A DNA stretch of 53,145 nucleotides from Shigella phage 2019SD1. Both the position numbers and the translations under genes were made by a program. Positions 9,633 to 20,135 of this stretch are shown here, in pieces (the stretch's first letter is position 1; every line of letters begins with the position of its first letter). The notes under the pieces are model-generated. The model was given only the letters and a program-made list of their open reading frames with translations, searched no databases and was not told where the DNA came from. Where the stretch lies: the sequence record MT360681; one strand, given 5' to 3'.

Positions 9633-12286
9633 CGCTTGGGGTTGATGTATCTCAACTCAACAATGCTGTAAAGTCTTTGCAGCAATTCAAAAAGGCAAAC
9701 GACGACGCAAAGGGAAGCGTTGAGAACTTTGTTGATTCAGAGGTTGTTGCAAGGCAAAGAGCTAAACAATTGGCTGAGGAATTGGCGAAGCAGAAACAGG
9801 AATTTAAAGCAATTCAGTCTGCAATAGATCCAACAGCCAGCAAGATGGATAAGTTGCGTCAGGCTGCGACACAGCTTGATGCACTATGGAAAAAGGAATT
9901 GTGCCGGATGATACATTCTTTGAATCCGGATGATACATTCTTTGAATTAGGTTCAATTCTTGAGACACAGCAAAACAAGCTGATCGCAACGAAAAAGGCG
10001 CTAACAGAAGAAGGCCGAGCGGCGATTGAGGAAGCAAAGAATAAAGCGGGGCAGAGGCTGAGGCCAGAAAGTTCATTGCGGCATTACAGGCACAAGCAGA
10101 CGCAGCGGAAAAACAAAATCAGAGCTTGTAGAAATGAGAGCCGCACAACTTGGAGTAGAGCCGCACAACTTGGAGTTAGTGCTGAGGCAGCGCCATTTAT
10201 TGCAAAAATGAAGGAGCAGGAAAAACAAGCCTCAAAACTTGGCGTTTCTATGGGGCAGTACAAGCAAGCAATGGCGCAATTACCAATGCAGATCACTGAC
10301 GTTGTTACTTCTCTTGCTTCAGGAATGCCAGTATGGATGGTCGCAATCCAGCAGGGTGGACAGATCAAGGACTCATTCGGTGGTGTTGCGAATACGTTCA
10401 AAGCACTAATGACATTTGTCACGCCGTTAAGTGTAGGAATGACGGCGCTGACTGGTGCTCTTGGTTATGCTGCATATAATGCATACAAAACAAATGCACA
10501 ACTGAAGGAGATCACAAAACCGTTCAGGGGTAACTGGTCTTTCTGGTCAGAACAATACGCAGGCTTGACGCTTGGGGTTGATGTATCTCAACTCAACAAT
10601 GCTGTAAAGTCTTTGCAGCAATTCAAAAAGGCAAACGACGACGCAAAGGGAAGCGTTGAGAACTTTGTTGATTCAGAGGTTGTTGCAAGGCAAAGAGCTA
10701 AACAATTGGCTGAGGAATTGGCGAAGCAGAAACAGGAATTTAAAGCAATTCAGTCTGCAATAGATCCAACAGCCAGCAAGATGGATAAGTTGCGTCAGGC
10801 TGCGACACAGCTTGATGCACTATGGAAAAAGGAATTGTGCCGGATGATACATTCTTTGAATCTGCAATTTGCGAAGAACACCTATGAGGATATAGGAAAG
10901 ATCGTAAAAGATGCGAATAAGGATATGGCGGAACGAGCAGCACGCATCGACAGAGAAAACCTTTCCTTAAACAGAGTTCGAGCGGCGCAAGAGGCTTTAA
11001 ACAAAGCCATAGAGGATCAGAAGAACGTAGCAAGGACAGCAGACGAAGAGTTGAAAAACGAGCGGCTGAGAACGTTGAGTTCAGGCGAAAAGAGCTTGAA
11101 GAGGCGAAGAAGGCGCAGCAGCAAAGGAGAAAGTTGGCGGAGTTGTAAAAGCACCAACAGAGCAGCTGCAAAAGAAAAGGCCGAGATAGGCGATCAGATT
11201 GTTTTGCAACAGAGAAAGAACAAGCAATACCGGACGGGCTTAAATTCATTCAGCAAACTTCAGATGCCATTGATGCTAAACTTGCGACAGTCTGGAGCTA
11301 CAGATATGCAAATCAAGCGAGAGCTTGAGTTGAAGAAGTTGCGAACTGATTATGTTGCTGGCGGGGTAGTATCGACGATGAAATTTATCAGCAGATGGAA
11401 GCAAAGCGATATGTACGGCAACGTGCAAGATATTGCAAGCGAGGCGCTCAACGGTCTAACCAACCAAATGGCTACATTCCTTGCAACAGGCAAGGCGAAC
11501 TTTAAGAGCTTCGCAACGTCAATCATCCAAATGATTATCCAGATGATCACGAAGATGGTTATCTTTAATGCCATATCTGGTGCGATTGGCGGTGACACTT
11601 GGACGATTGGAAGCCTTCTTAAAATGTTGGATTTGCAACTGGTGGATACACTGGCGACGGCGGGAAGTATGAGCCAGCAGGTGTTGTCCATAAAGGCGAG
11701 TTTGTCAACGAAGGAGGCCACGAAGCGGATCGGAGTTGGAAATCTTTACAAAATGATGCGCGGTTATGCAAATGGCGGCGTTGTTGGTGGCACTTCATAC
11801 ACTGGCGGCGGAATTTCATCAGGAGCAACAAACCTTAATATTGGTGGGATTAGCGTTGATATTAACAACGGAAACGATCCAAAAGGGTTGGAGACTGGCG
11901 TAAAAATGATTTTCACTGATATGATTAAGCGTTCCTGTACGCAGGGTGGGGAAGTTTACGAATTTGTTATGTCTAAGCGGGGTGATAGTGAAACTACGAA
12001 GGAGGCCACGAAGCGGATCGGAGTTGGAAATCTTTACAAAATGATGCGCGGTTATGCAAATGGCGGCGTTGTTGGTGGCACTTCATACACTGGCGGCGGA
12101 ATTTCATCAGGAGCAACAAACCTTAATATTGGTGGGATTAGCGTTGATATTAACAACGGAAACGATCCAAAAGGGTTGGAGACTGGCGTAAAAATGATTT
12201 TCACTGATATGATTAAGCGTTCCTGTACGCAGGGTGGGGAAGTTTACGAATTTGTTATGTCTAAGCGGGGTGATAGTGAAACTTGA
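9608..12286 (+). CDS. Tail tape measure protein; contains displaced duplicate (9612-9925 = 10548-10862), tandem 288-bp C-terminal duplication (11708-11995, 11996-12283) and short tandem repeats near 9900 and 10140
   Basis: 892-aa ORF with hydrophobic segment ..[21 protein letters not shown].. typical of tape measure proteins; position after chaperone genes. Confidence 0.7.
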   Translation: MSEQYAGLTLGVDVSQLNNAVKSLQQFKKANDDAKGSVENFVDSEVVARQRAKQLAEELAKQKQEFKAIQSAIDPTASKMDKLRQAATQLDALWKKELCRMIHSLNPDDTFFELGSILETQQNKLIATKKALTEEGRAAIEEAKNKAGQRLRPESSLRHYRHKQTQRKNKIRACRNESRTTWSRAAQLGVSAEAAPFIAKMKEQEKQASKLGVSMGQYKQAMAQLPMQITDVVTSLASGMPVWMVAIQQGGQIKDSFGGVANTFKALMTFVTPLSVGMTALTGALGYAAYNAYKTNAQLKEITKPFRGNWSFWSEQYAGLTLGVDVSQLNNAVKSLQQFKKANDDAKGSVENFVDSEVVARQRAKQLAEELAKQKQEFKAIQSAIDPTASKMDKLRQAATQLDALWKKELCRMIHSLNLQFAKNTYEDIGKIVKDANKDMAERAARIDRENLSLNRVRAAQEALNKAIEDQKNVARTADEELKNERLRTLSSGEKSLKRRRRRSSKGESWRSCKSTNRAAAKEKAEIGDQIVLQQRKNKQYRTGLNSFSKLQMPLMLNLRQSGATDMQIKRELELKKLRTDYVAGGVVSTMKFISRWKQSDMYGNVQDIASEALNGLTNQMATFLATGKANFKSFATSIIQMIIQMITKMVIFNAISGAIGGDTWTIGSLLKMLDLQLVDTLATAGSMSQQVLSIKASLSTKEATKRIGVGNLYKMMRGYANGGVVGGTSYTGGGISSGATNLNIGGISVDINNGNDPKGLETGVKMIFTDMIKRSCTQGGEVYEFVMSKRGDSETTKEATKRIGVGNLYKMMRGYANGGVVGGTSYTGGGISSGATNLNIGGISVDINNGNDPKGLETGVKMIFTDMIKRSCTQGGEVYEFVMSKRGDSET

Positions 12287-12930
12287 GCAATTCAAATGGT
12301 GCACGCAAACGCAAGGAGGCGGCGGCACTATGACCACATCAAATAACGACAGGAAATCTCATTTGGTAATGGTTACACGCAGGTTGCTTCAGGAGGGTTT
12401 AACACGGTACGCAGGGAGTTTTCCATTGTCTATGTTGGCAAGGATTACAGAGACGTTGTTGACTTCCAAACTTGAGCAATTCAAATGGTGCACGCAAACG
12501 CAAGGAGGCGGCGGCACTATGACCACATCAAATAACGACAGGAAATCTCATTTGGTAATGGTTACACGCAGGTTGCTTCAGGAGGGTTTAACACGGTACG
12601 CAGGGAGTTTTCCATTGTCTATGTTGGCAAGGATTACAGAGACGTTGTTGACTTCCTGAATGGACACAGGCTGAAGCCGTTTTATGGTTTATGCCTGACG
12701 GTCAACCCGGTCTATTCAGGGTAAAATCTGGTAGCGTTGGATTAACTCCAATATCAGCAACCGTTCAGGAAGTGAAAGCAACATTTACTGAGCAATTTAC
12801 ATCAATGCAACCTGACGGTCAACCCGGTCTATTCAGGGTAAAATCTGGTAGCGTTGGATTAACTCCAATATCAGCAACCGTTCAGGAAGTGAAAGCAACA
12901 TTTACTGAGCAATTTACATCAATGCAATAA
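12234..12930 (+). CDS. Minor tail protein (lambda M-like, tentative); two tandem duplications (12282-12470/12471-12659 and 12694-12810/12811-12927)
   Basis: Position between tape measure and L-like gene; split into two ORFs each made of an exactly repeated unit. Confidence 0.3.
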
Positions 12931-12933
12931 TTA

Positions 12934-12959
12934 AAGCCGCCTTTGTGCGGCTTTTTATT
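12934..12959 (+). terminator. Rho-independent terminator-like hairpin
   Basis: GCCGC-CTTTGT-GCGGC followed by TTTTTATT. Confidence 0.45.
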
Positions 12960-12990
12960 GATGGTACAATGTACGAAAGGAGGTGCAATT

Positions 12991-13752
12991 ATGGCTAATG
13001 AAACAACAGGTCGCGCAGACCTTGAAAATTGTCTGCAAAGCCTTTACCCCGGCGAGATTATCACGCTAATTGAGATTGACGGCACAAAGTTTGGCGCAAA
13101 CATTTACCGCATACACAATGAGAACATCTCATACACTGCGGAAGAATTATTGCAGGCGCGAGAAACTGGAGTTCTTCCGCCGAAAGAGATTACATTCCGT
13201 GGCGAGGTTTACGGCGCGCGCCCGTTCGGAATATCTGGAATCAACTTCACAAGCAACGGAAAGGCTGATAAGCCACAATTGATACTATCAAACCTTGATA
13301 GCCAAGTGAGCGCGATGATTCGCAACTTTAACGGCATGATGCAAGCTAAGGTTACAATCTGGATCACGCCAGCGGAATTAATGGGGAAAGATGGCAGCAT
13401 TAAAGATGGAGCCTCAAGAAAGCTGGTTTACTACATTGAGCGCCCAAGCCATTACAATAGAATGATGGCGAAATTTGACCTGACATCGCCTTATGATATG
13501 GATGGAATAATGATTCCTCCGCGAATAACTCAAAGCGTTTGTTATTGGGCGCAGCGTGGATGGTATCGAAGCGGAAAGGGTTGCGGATACAATGGATCGC
13601 GAATGTTTGACAAAGACAACAATCCTGTAACCGATCCATCTCAAGACTTTTGCGCCGGAACTGTAACAGCGTGCAAACTTCGTTTTGGTGCAGATCAGCA
13701 GCTTGATTTTGGCGGTGCACCAGTAGCAAGCCTGTTAAGGAGAAATCAGTGA
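12991..13752 (+). CDS. Minor tail protein L
   Basis: AAGGAGGTG RBS plus ATG at 12991; C-terminal Cys-rich segment CGYNGSRMF..CAGTVTACKLRFG resembles lambda gpL. Confidence 0.65.
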   Translation: MANETTGRADLENCLQSLYPGEIITLIEIDGTKFGANIYRIHNENISYTAEELLQARETGVLPPKEITFRGEVYGARPFGISGINFTSNGKADKPQLILSNLDSQVSAMIRNFNGMMQAKVTIWITPAELMGKDGSIKDGASRKLVYYIERPSHYNRMMAKFDLTSPYDMDGIMIPPRITQSVCYWAQRGWYRSGKGCGYNGSRMFDKDNNPVTDPSQDFCAGTVTACKLRFGADQQLDFGGAPVASLLRRNQ

Positions 13753-13795
13753 AGAGGGTTTTGTTGAAACAGGAGAGCCGCCAAAACACGGTGAC

Positions 13796-14464
13796 ATGAT
13801 TAGTGCAAAAATAAAACTTGAAATAATGCAGCACGTAAAGATGAATACCCGCGCGAGGCGTGCGGTGTTATCACTCAAAAATCACGCGTGCAAAAATACC
13901 ACCGCACATGATGATCCTGAAAACCATTTCGAGATGGACGCAATTGAATACGTTGAGGCGTGTGAAAGTGGCGAGCTTATTGCTGTTGTACATAGCCACA
14001 CTGGAGACGGTGCAAGTACAATCCCAAGCGCCCATGATACATGCATGTGTGATGAAATGGGTGTTTCATGGGTTATTGTGTCATGGCCAGAAGGTGATAT
14101 GAGAATCATTGAGCCTGAATCTCGTCCACTGATTGGTCGCCCGTGGTCGCTTGGTGCTTATGATTGCTGGGGGCTTATTATGGCATGGCACAAGCAACAT
14201 GGCGTTATCCTAAATGATTTCAGGAAACCATATGAATGGTGGAAGCCTGAGCACGGTGAAAATCTTTACCGGAAAATTATCGTTATCTTTCAGCTTTCCG
14301 CGCCAGTGTGGAATCATGCAGGCATTTATCTTGGCAACAATCAATTGCTTCATCATGCCTCTGGCAAGTTGTCAAGGGTTGATTTGTATTCTGGATGGTA
14401 TCAGGAACATGCAAAAATGGTTTGTAGACATAAGGATCTGAAATATGACTTTGAAGGTAATTAA
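13796..14464 (+). CDS. Tail assembly protein K (JAB/MPN plus NlpC/P60-like)
   Basis: ..AVVHSHTGDGAS..SAHD.. JAMM-like motif and downstream Cys/His residues; position between L and I. Confidence 0.65.
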   Translation: MISAKIKLEIMQHVKMNTRARRAVLSLKNHACKNTTAHDDPENHFEMDAIEYVEACESGELIAVVHSHTGDGASTIPSAHDTCMCDEMGVSWVIVSWPEGDMRIIEPESRPLIGRPWSLGAYDCWGLIMAWHKQHGVILNDFRKPYEWWKPEHGENLYRKIIVIFQLSAPVWNHAGIYLGNNQLLHHASGKLSRVDLYSGWYQEHAKMVCRHKDLKYDFEGN

Positions 14465-15041
14465 ATTATCTGGATCTTTAGGCCGAAGATTTGGAGTGTT
14501 TCATAAGCTGGCTGTTGATTCATACCCCGAAGCAATACGCGCACTATCTTCACAGGTGGAAGGATTCAAGGACTACATGCAAAGCGAAGTAGGATCGCGA
14601 ATGCGTTACGCTGTATTTGTTGACGGTAAGAATGTAGGACAGCACGATGAAAAAGCGTGGCAATGCGCAAAGGAAGTGAGGATTATTCCAATCCCAACAG
14701 GTTCAAAGTCTGGCGGGTTGTTTCAGGTTGTTCTTGGTGCGGTTATTATGGCGACTGCATTTTTCACTGGAGGCTCTTCACTTGCGTTGATGGGTGCTTT
14801 TGCATCGTCTGCTTTCATGATGGGTGGTGCTATGGTGCTGGGTGGCGTAATGCAAATGATTTCACCACAGCAAGGCGGGTCGCGGTTATCATCCCAATCA
14901 GCAGAGAATAAGCCGTCTTACGCTTTTGGCGGTGCAGTTAACACAACGGCGGCAGGATACCCAATACCATTGCCATACGGTCAAAGGACCGTCGGCGGAG
15001 CTATCTGGTCGGCTGGGAGTTATGCAGAAGATAAGGCTTAA
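14445..15041 (+). CDS. Tail assembly protein I
   Basis: Small protein with Gly/Ala-rich hydrophobic C-terminal half, positioned between K and J as in lambda. Confidence 0.55.
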   Translation: MTLKVIKLSGSLGRRFGVFHKLAVDSYPEAIRALSSQVEGFKDYMQSEVGSRMRYAVFVDGKNVGQHDEKAWQCAKEVRIIPIPTGSKSGGLFQVVLGAVIMATAFFTGGSSLALMGAFASSAFMMGGAMVLGGVMQMISPQQGGSRLSSQSAENKPSYAFGGAVNTTAAGYPIPLPYGQRTVGGAIWSAGSYAEDKA

Positions 15042-15048
15042 TATAAAA

Positions 15049-15074
15049 GAGTCGCGCGTTGCGCGGCTTTTTGC
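15049..15074 (+). terminator. GC-rich hairpin with T-run after I-like gene
   Basis: CGCGCG-TTG-CGCGG stem followed by CTTTTT. Confidence 0.4.
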
Positions 15075-15150
15075 CCGTATAATTCAACAAATCAAATAGC
15101 ACAAAAGGTGAAAAGCCGAGTTCTACTGGAGGGACGTATACATTGCCTTT

Positions 15151-18100
15151 GTGGCTGAAAATATGATAACGGGCAGTAAGGGTGGATCATCAAAACCTTA
15201 TGTTCCGAAAGAGATGGAAGATAACCTGATCTCAATCAACAAAATCAAAATCCTTCTTGCCGTTTCCGATGGCGAGTGCGATCCAAATTTTACACTTCGC
15301 GATCTGTATCTTGATGATGTTCCGGTAATTGCAGACGACGGAACTGTTAACTACCGTGGTGTGAAAGCTGAATTTCGACACGGAACACAAACGCAAGATT
15401 ACATCCGGGGTTTACTGACACATCAAGCGAAGACGCTGGCGCGTGACATTACGACGACAAATCCTTATGTAATTTCTGTAACCAACAAAACATTATCGGC
15501 TATCAGAATAAAAATTCTAATGCCAACAGGCATTAAGCAAGAGGATAACGGCGATCTTGTAGGTGTTAAGGTCACTTATGCTGTTGATATGGCTGTTGAC
15601 GGAGACTCTTACAAAGAAGTATTGATAGACACCATCGAAGGTAAAACGCGTTCCGGTTACGACAGAAGTCGAAGGATTGACCTTCCGGCATTTAATGATC
15701 GCGTATTGCTTAGGGTTAGAAGGGTTACGGCAGACAGCACATCATCTCGCGTTACTGATCTGATTAAGCTACAAAGTTACGCTGAGGTTATTGATGCAAA
15801 ATTCCGTTACCCTCTGACTGGTCTTGTATACGTTGAATTTGACAGTGAGTTGTTCCTAACCAGATCCACGCTGGCGCGTGACATTACGACGACAAATCCT
15901 TATGTAATTTCTGTAACCAACAAAACATTATCGGCTATCAGAATAAAAATTCTAATGCCAACAGGCATTAAGCAAGAGGATAACGGCGATCTTGTAGGTG
16001 TTAAGGTCACTTATGCTGTTGATATGGCTGTTGACGGAGACTCTTACAAAGAAGTATTGATAGACACCATCGAAGGTAAAACGCGTTCCGGTTACGACAG
16101 AAGTCGAAGGATTGACCTTCCGGCATTTAATGATCGCGTATTGCTTAGGGTTAGAAGGGTTACGGCAGACAGCACATCATCTCGCGTTACTGATCTGATT
16201 AAGCTACAAAGTTACGCTGAGGTTATTGATGCAAAATTCCGTTACCCTCTGACTGGTCTTGTATACGTTGAATTTGACAGTGAGTTGTTCCTAACCAGAT
16301 CCCGAGAGTATCACGGTTCATGGGATGGTACTTTCAAGAAAGCGTGGTCGAACAATCCGGCGTGGGTTCTTTATGACATTATCACAAACCAGCGATACGG
16401 ATTAGATCAGCGAGAACTTGGCGTGCAGGTTGACAAATGGAGTCTTTACGAAGCGGCGCAATACTGCGATCAGAAAGTGCCTGACGGAAAAGGCGGCACA
16501 GAGCCGCGTTATCTATGCGACGTTGTTATTCAAAGCCAGATTGAGGCTTATCAGCTTATTCGTGATATTTGCTCAATCTTCCGAGGCATGAGCTTTTGGA
16601 ATGGGGAGAGCCTGTCAATCGTCATTGATAAGCCGCGCGATCCGTCGTACATCTTCACCAATGACAACGTTGTTGATGGCGATTTTCAGTACACAACAGC
16701 AAGCGAAAAGAGCATGTACACGCAGTGCAACGTGACGTTCGACGACGAACAAAACATGTATCAACAGGACGTGGAGGGCGTATTCGACACTGAGGCAGCA
16801 TTGCGCTTTGGATACAATCCAACAAGCATAACAGCTATCGGATGTACACGCAGGAGTGAGGCTAATCGGCGCGGTAGATGGATACTAAAACCAACTTGCG
16901 CAGCACTACGGGATACTAAAACCAACTTGCGCAGCACTACGGTAAACTTTGCTACTGGACTGGAAGGCATGATCCCATCAATAGGTGATGTTATCGCGGT
17001 GTCAGATAACTTTTACAGCAGCAACCTGAAATTAAACCTTTCAGGGCGCGTGATGGAAGTTTCCGGCTTGCAGGTGTTCGTCCCGTTTAAGATTGACGCG
17101 CGACCGGTGATTTCATTATCATCAACAAGCCTGACGGAAAGCCAGTTAAGCGCACAATCTCAAAGGGTTGTGTCGTGGGATAAAGTACCTTACGCATCGC
17201 TGTATGAAATGCAATGGCGAAAAGGTGATGGCAACTGGCTGAATACACCACAGACCGCAAACAAAGAAATTGAGGTTGAAGGTATTTATTCAGGCAACTA
17301 CCGGCCAAACACTTCATTGTCGGATGCGGTTAAGTTAACTGGCGCGCCGGGCTCCCCACCTTACCAGTCAGCGAAGCTGTCACAATTCTTGACCGGGCGA
17401 TGTAGAACCGGAAGCGGAAACAGATCTCACCCTTACCGGCCAAACACTTCATTGTCGGATGCGGTTAAGTTAACTGGCGCGCCGGGCTCCCCACCTTACC
17501 AGTCAGCGAAGCTGTCACAATTCTTGACCGGGCGATGTAGAACCGGAAGCGGAAACAGATCTCACCCTTACCGGTTTGGCATTCGTGTTAAGTGGGGTAT
17601 GCCAGAAGGGAGCGGAGACACGGCATACATTGAGCTTCACCAGTCGCCAGATGGAACAGCGGAAAACTCAAGCCTGTTAACGCTGATACCATACCCACAA
17701 TATGAATATTGGCACGGTACGCTTCCGGCTGGTCATGTTGTATGGTATCGAATCAGAAGCGTGGACAGGATCGGCAATGTTTCCGGTTGGACGGATTTTG
17801 TTCGCGGCATGGCTTCAGATGATGTTGAGGCTGTTTTAGGCAATATTCTTGATAAGATTTTTGATACAGAAGCAGGAAAGGATCTGAAAGAGAATGCCAT
17901 TGATAGCGCAAACAAAATCAAGGATCAGGCGCAAAGCATCATTCAAAACGCATTGGCGAATGATGCAGACGTTAGGATCATGAGGAAGGAAAACGGAAAA
18001 CGCAAAGCCGAGTTTAGGCAATCAATCCAATTGATCGCAAGTGAAACTGAGGCGCGCGTTACCGCAATGACGCAACTCAAGGCTGAATTTGACGAGGAAA

Positions 18101-18771
18101 TAACCAGCGAAGTAACAAGGCTTGATCAGGCAATTGCAACAGAATCGGAAACGCGAGCAACAGCCATTGAGGAATTGAAATCACAGATTGGTGATGATAT
18201 TCAGGGGCAATTAACGCGGGTTGAGGAAGCGATTGCAAGCGAAACAGAGGCGCGCGTTTCTGCTGATACAGCATTAACAGCGAAGTTTGGAGATGTTGAA
18301 TCAGCGCTGACAGAAAAACTTGATTCATGGGCTGGCGTTAATGGAGTTGGCGCACAGTACGCAATGAAACTTGGATTGACATACAACGGGCAGAAGTACA
18401 GCGCCGGAATGGTCATGCAGTTATCAAACAGCGCTCAAGGGTTGATTTCACAAATACTTTTGATGCTGGAAGATTTGCGATCAGTCGAAAATAACCAAGT
18501 TTTCATCAATAGCTTGTTAGTTAAGGATGGTTCAATAAACAATGCGAAGATTGGAAACTTTATTCAGTCAAATAATTGGGATGGTAACAATGGTTGGCAC
18601 ATAAATAAAAATGGCGATGCGTATCTAATGAATGCAACAGTTAGAGGTTCACTTTACGCATCAAACGGAAATTTTTCTTTTAATGGTACTAACAATACAG
18701 TTGTTATAAATAACAATGGTATAACTGTAAACCTTCCTAATGGCGGTCGCGTTGTTGTTGGTGTTTGGTAA
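15151..18771 (+). CDS. Tail tip / host specificity protein J (central tail fibre); tandem 435-bp duplication (15433-15867, 15868-16302), 135-bp tandem duplication (17301-17435, 17436-17570), 30-bp tandem repeat near 16890
   Basis: Clear similarity by eye to lambda gpJ, e.g. ..WDGTFKKAWSNNPAWVLYDIITNQRYGL..VDKWSLYEAAQYCDQKVPDGKGGTEPRY.. Confidence 0.85.
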   Translation: MAENMITGSKGGSSKPYVPKEMEDNLISINKIKILLAVSDGECDPNFTLRDLYLDDVPVIADDGTVNYRGVKAEFRHGTQTQDYIRGLLTHQAKTLARDITTTNPYVISVTNKTLSAIRIKILMPTGIKQEDNGDLVGVKVTYAVDMAVDGDSYKEVLIDTIEGKTRSGYDRSRRIDLPAFNDRVLLRVRRVTADSTSSRVTDLIKLQSYAEVIDAKFRYPLTGLVYVEFDSELFLTRSTLARDITTTNPYVISVTNKTLSAIRIKILMPTGIKQEDNGDLVGVKVTYAVDMAVDGDSYKEVLIDTIEGKTRSGYDRSRRIDLPAFNDRVLLRVRRVTADSTSSRVTDLIKLQSYAEVIDAKFRYPLTGLVYVEFDSELFLTRSREYHGSWDGTFKKAWSNNPAWVLYDIITNQRYGLDQRELGVQVDKWSLYEAAQYCDQKVPDGKGGTEPRYLCDVVIQSQIEAYQLIRDICSIFRGMSFWNGESLSIVIDKPRDPSYIFTNDNVVDGDFQYTTASEKSMYTQCNVTFDDEQNMYQQDVEGVFDTEAALRFGYNPTSITAIGCTRRSEANRRGRWILKPTCAALRDTKTNLRSTTVNFATGLEGMIPSIGDVIAVSDNFYSSNLKLNLSGRVMEVSGLQVFVPFKIDARPVISLSSTSLTESQLSAQSQRVVSWDKVPYASLYEMQWRKGDGNWLNTPQTANKEIEVEGIYSGNYRPNTSLSDAVKLTGAPGSPPYQSAKLSQFLTGRCRTGSGNRSHPYRPNTSLSDAVKLTGAPGSPPYQSAKLSQFLTGRCRTGSGNRSHPYRFGIRVKWGMPEGSGDTAYIELHQSPDGTAENSSLLTLIPYPQYEYWHGTLPAGHVVWYRIRSVDRIGNVSGWTDFVRGMASDDVEAVLGNILDKIFDTEAGKDLKENAIDSANKIKDQAQSIIQNALANDADVRIMRKENGKRKAEFRQSIQLIASETEARVTAMTQLKAEFDEEITSEVTRLDQAIATESETRATAIEELKSQIGDDIQGQLTRVEEAIASETEARVSADTALTAKFGDVESALTEKLDSWAGVNGVGAQYAMKLGLTYNGQKYSAGMVMQLSNSAQGLISQILLMLEDLRSVENNQVFINSLLVKDGSINNAKIGNFIQSNNWDGNNGWHINKNGDAYLMNATVRGSLYASNGNFSFNGTNNTVVINNNGITVNLPNGGRVVVGVW

Positions 18772-18775
18772 TGCA

Positions 18776-18797
18776 AAGGGGCTTTTGCCCCTTTTTA
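18776..18797 (+). terminator. Rho-independent terminator after J
   Basis: GGGGC-TTTT-GCCCC followed by TTTTT. Confidence 0.6.
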
Positions 18798-18880
18798 ATA
18801 CATATTTGGAGTGAATGGTATAGGCATTGAAATATTTATATTAAATGGAAATTGAGCGCCACTCTGAGTAGAATAGTTAC

Positions 18881-19291
18881 CTACCCTTGTTCCCGGGCAC
18901 TTCTTACGTTGCCACCACTCATGCATACGCCCTTGTATCGAATGTTATTATATCCACCCGTAACTCTACATATCGTACCTGTTCTCAGTATTGGGAAAAA
19001 TCCACCGCACCACTGCCAACCATCATTTATCGCCATAATCCCACCAAGAACAAAAGGACGTCTAACGCTTGAGAAAACTATCTGACCAGCAGGATTGCTC
19101 ATAGTGATTCCCGGCTCTGGGATGTAATCCATGTCGTCTATGTAGATAGCCTGAGATGGAAGGCAAAAGCGGTAGATCCCGGACAATGGGATAACCCAAA
19201 CGTAACTCTGGAATCTGACGGCAACACTATATGGTGCAGAGATGCAAACTATAACGGCATTGATGACGTTGGCGCGAGCGTATACGTGCAA
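18881..19291 (-). CDS. Hypothetical protein (frame uncertain)
   Basis: 136-aa minus-strand ORF in region between J and lipoprotein gene; overlapping ORFs in other frames. Confidence 0.2.
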   Translation of the reverse strand: MHVYARANVINAVIVCISAPYSVAVRFQSYVWVIPLSGIYRFCLPSQAIYIDDMDYIPEPGITMSNPAGQIVFSSVRRPFVLGGIMAINDGWQWCGGFFPILRTGTICRVTGGYNNIRYKGVCMSGGNVRSAREQG

Positions 19292-19563
19292 CTCGTAATA
19301 TTTAATAACACTCCACCACCTCCGTATTATTTAACCAGCTTCCAGAAGGTTAATGATTCAACTGGACGGATAACGGTAGGTAATTTTAACGGGCACGGTG
19401 GAAGGAGGATGAGATTTTATGGCAACTGTTACGAGATACTACCCGCTCAGGCTGGAAATCAGGGGATACTTGTTAACGATTCAACCAACTTTGCAGCGAT
19501 ACCGAATAACGCAAGGTTGATGAGCGCTGCATTTGTTGGAGGCATCCGTGTTAACGGTCAGGC

Positions 19564-19828
19564 TCAGTTGCCAGTCCGGTGTTCCTTTCGGAATGTGGGA
19601 TTACCACTCTTTGGTTTTGATTGATACCTTGCCGCTAAAGTTGCCCGGTCGTCATCGGATGAAAGACCTTTGAATCGCATATCGATTTCTCCAGCCGGAA
19701 CCTTCTTACCATCAACGAATAGCATCATACAAGATCCGTAAGTGTAAGTAACACAGTCGCCATTTTAAGATTCTGAGCACAACCAGTCATGGCAATGGCT
19801 GCAATCAAAACGGGGATTAACTTTTTCA
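19564..19828 (-). CDS. Small lipoprotein, candidate superinfection-exclusion protein (Cor/Llp-like); one internal frame change
   Basis: TAAGGAGA RBS, ATG at 19828 (minus), N-terminus MKKLIPVLIAAIAMTGC with lipobox; promoter motif copy 19886-19904 upstream; located next to tail tip gene. Confidence 0.45.
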
Positions 19829-19885
19829 TGTTGGTGTCTCCTTAGTTGTTGTTAGTTGTAACTATACATGATCTTACGGTAGGCG

Positions 19886-19904
19886 TTTAGCAAAAGTGCT
19901 ATTC
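19886..19904 (-). promoter_or_regulatory. Conserved promoter-like motif copy upstream of lipoprotein gene
   Basis: Minus-strand reading AATAGCACTTTTGCTAAAC followed ~20 nt later by TATAGT and RBS. Confidence 0.5.
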
Positions 19905-19929
19905 TGTTCTTTTGTTCCCCAGTGTTCTC

Positions 19930-20130
19930 AAATCTGCGGAGGCTTAAATTTAGCTCAAAAAGTGAACAGCAATAGAGCGCTATACATACATATAAATATA
20001 TATACATACATATAAATCAATAAGTTAGTAGTATATATATTTATATTTGTTTTTCTTGTTATCTATGTTTTGTGTGATTTTATGTGTCTGGTAATTTTTA
20101 TGTGGTTGTGTATTCGAGGCTAAAGATTAC
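19930..20130. promoter_or_regulatory. AT-rich repetitive intergenic region at strand switch (candidate promoter cluster or origin-like region)
   Basis: Repeats ATACATACATATAAATA and TTATGTG/GTGGTTGTGT units; no ORF. Confidence 0.3.
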
Positions 20131-20135
20131 GATGC

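Noticed and set aside
9804-11831. Minus-strand ORFs inside the tape measure gene (for example 10740-11249, 11350-11721) and inside J (16761-18416)
   Set aside because: They lie antisense within strongly supported long genes, lack RBS context, and are typical spurious ORFs.
18800-19640. tRNA genes in intergenic gaps (18800-19560, 38790-39130, 50650-50800)
   Set aside because: No cloverleaf-compatible segment with conserved T-loop (GTTCRANYC) or D-loop features was spotted by eye; a tRNAscan-type search would be needed to exclude them.
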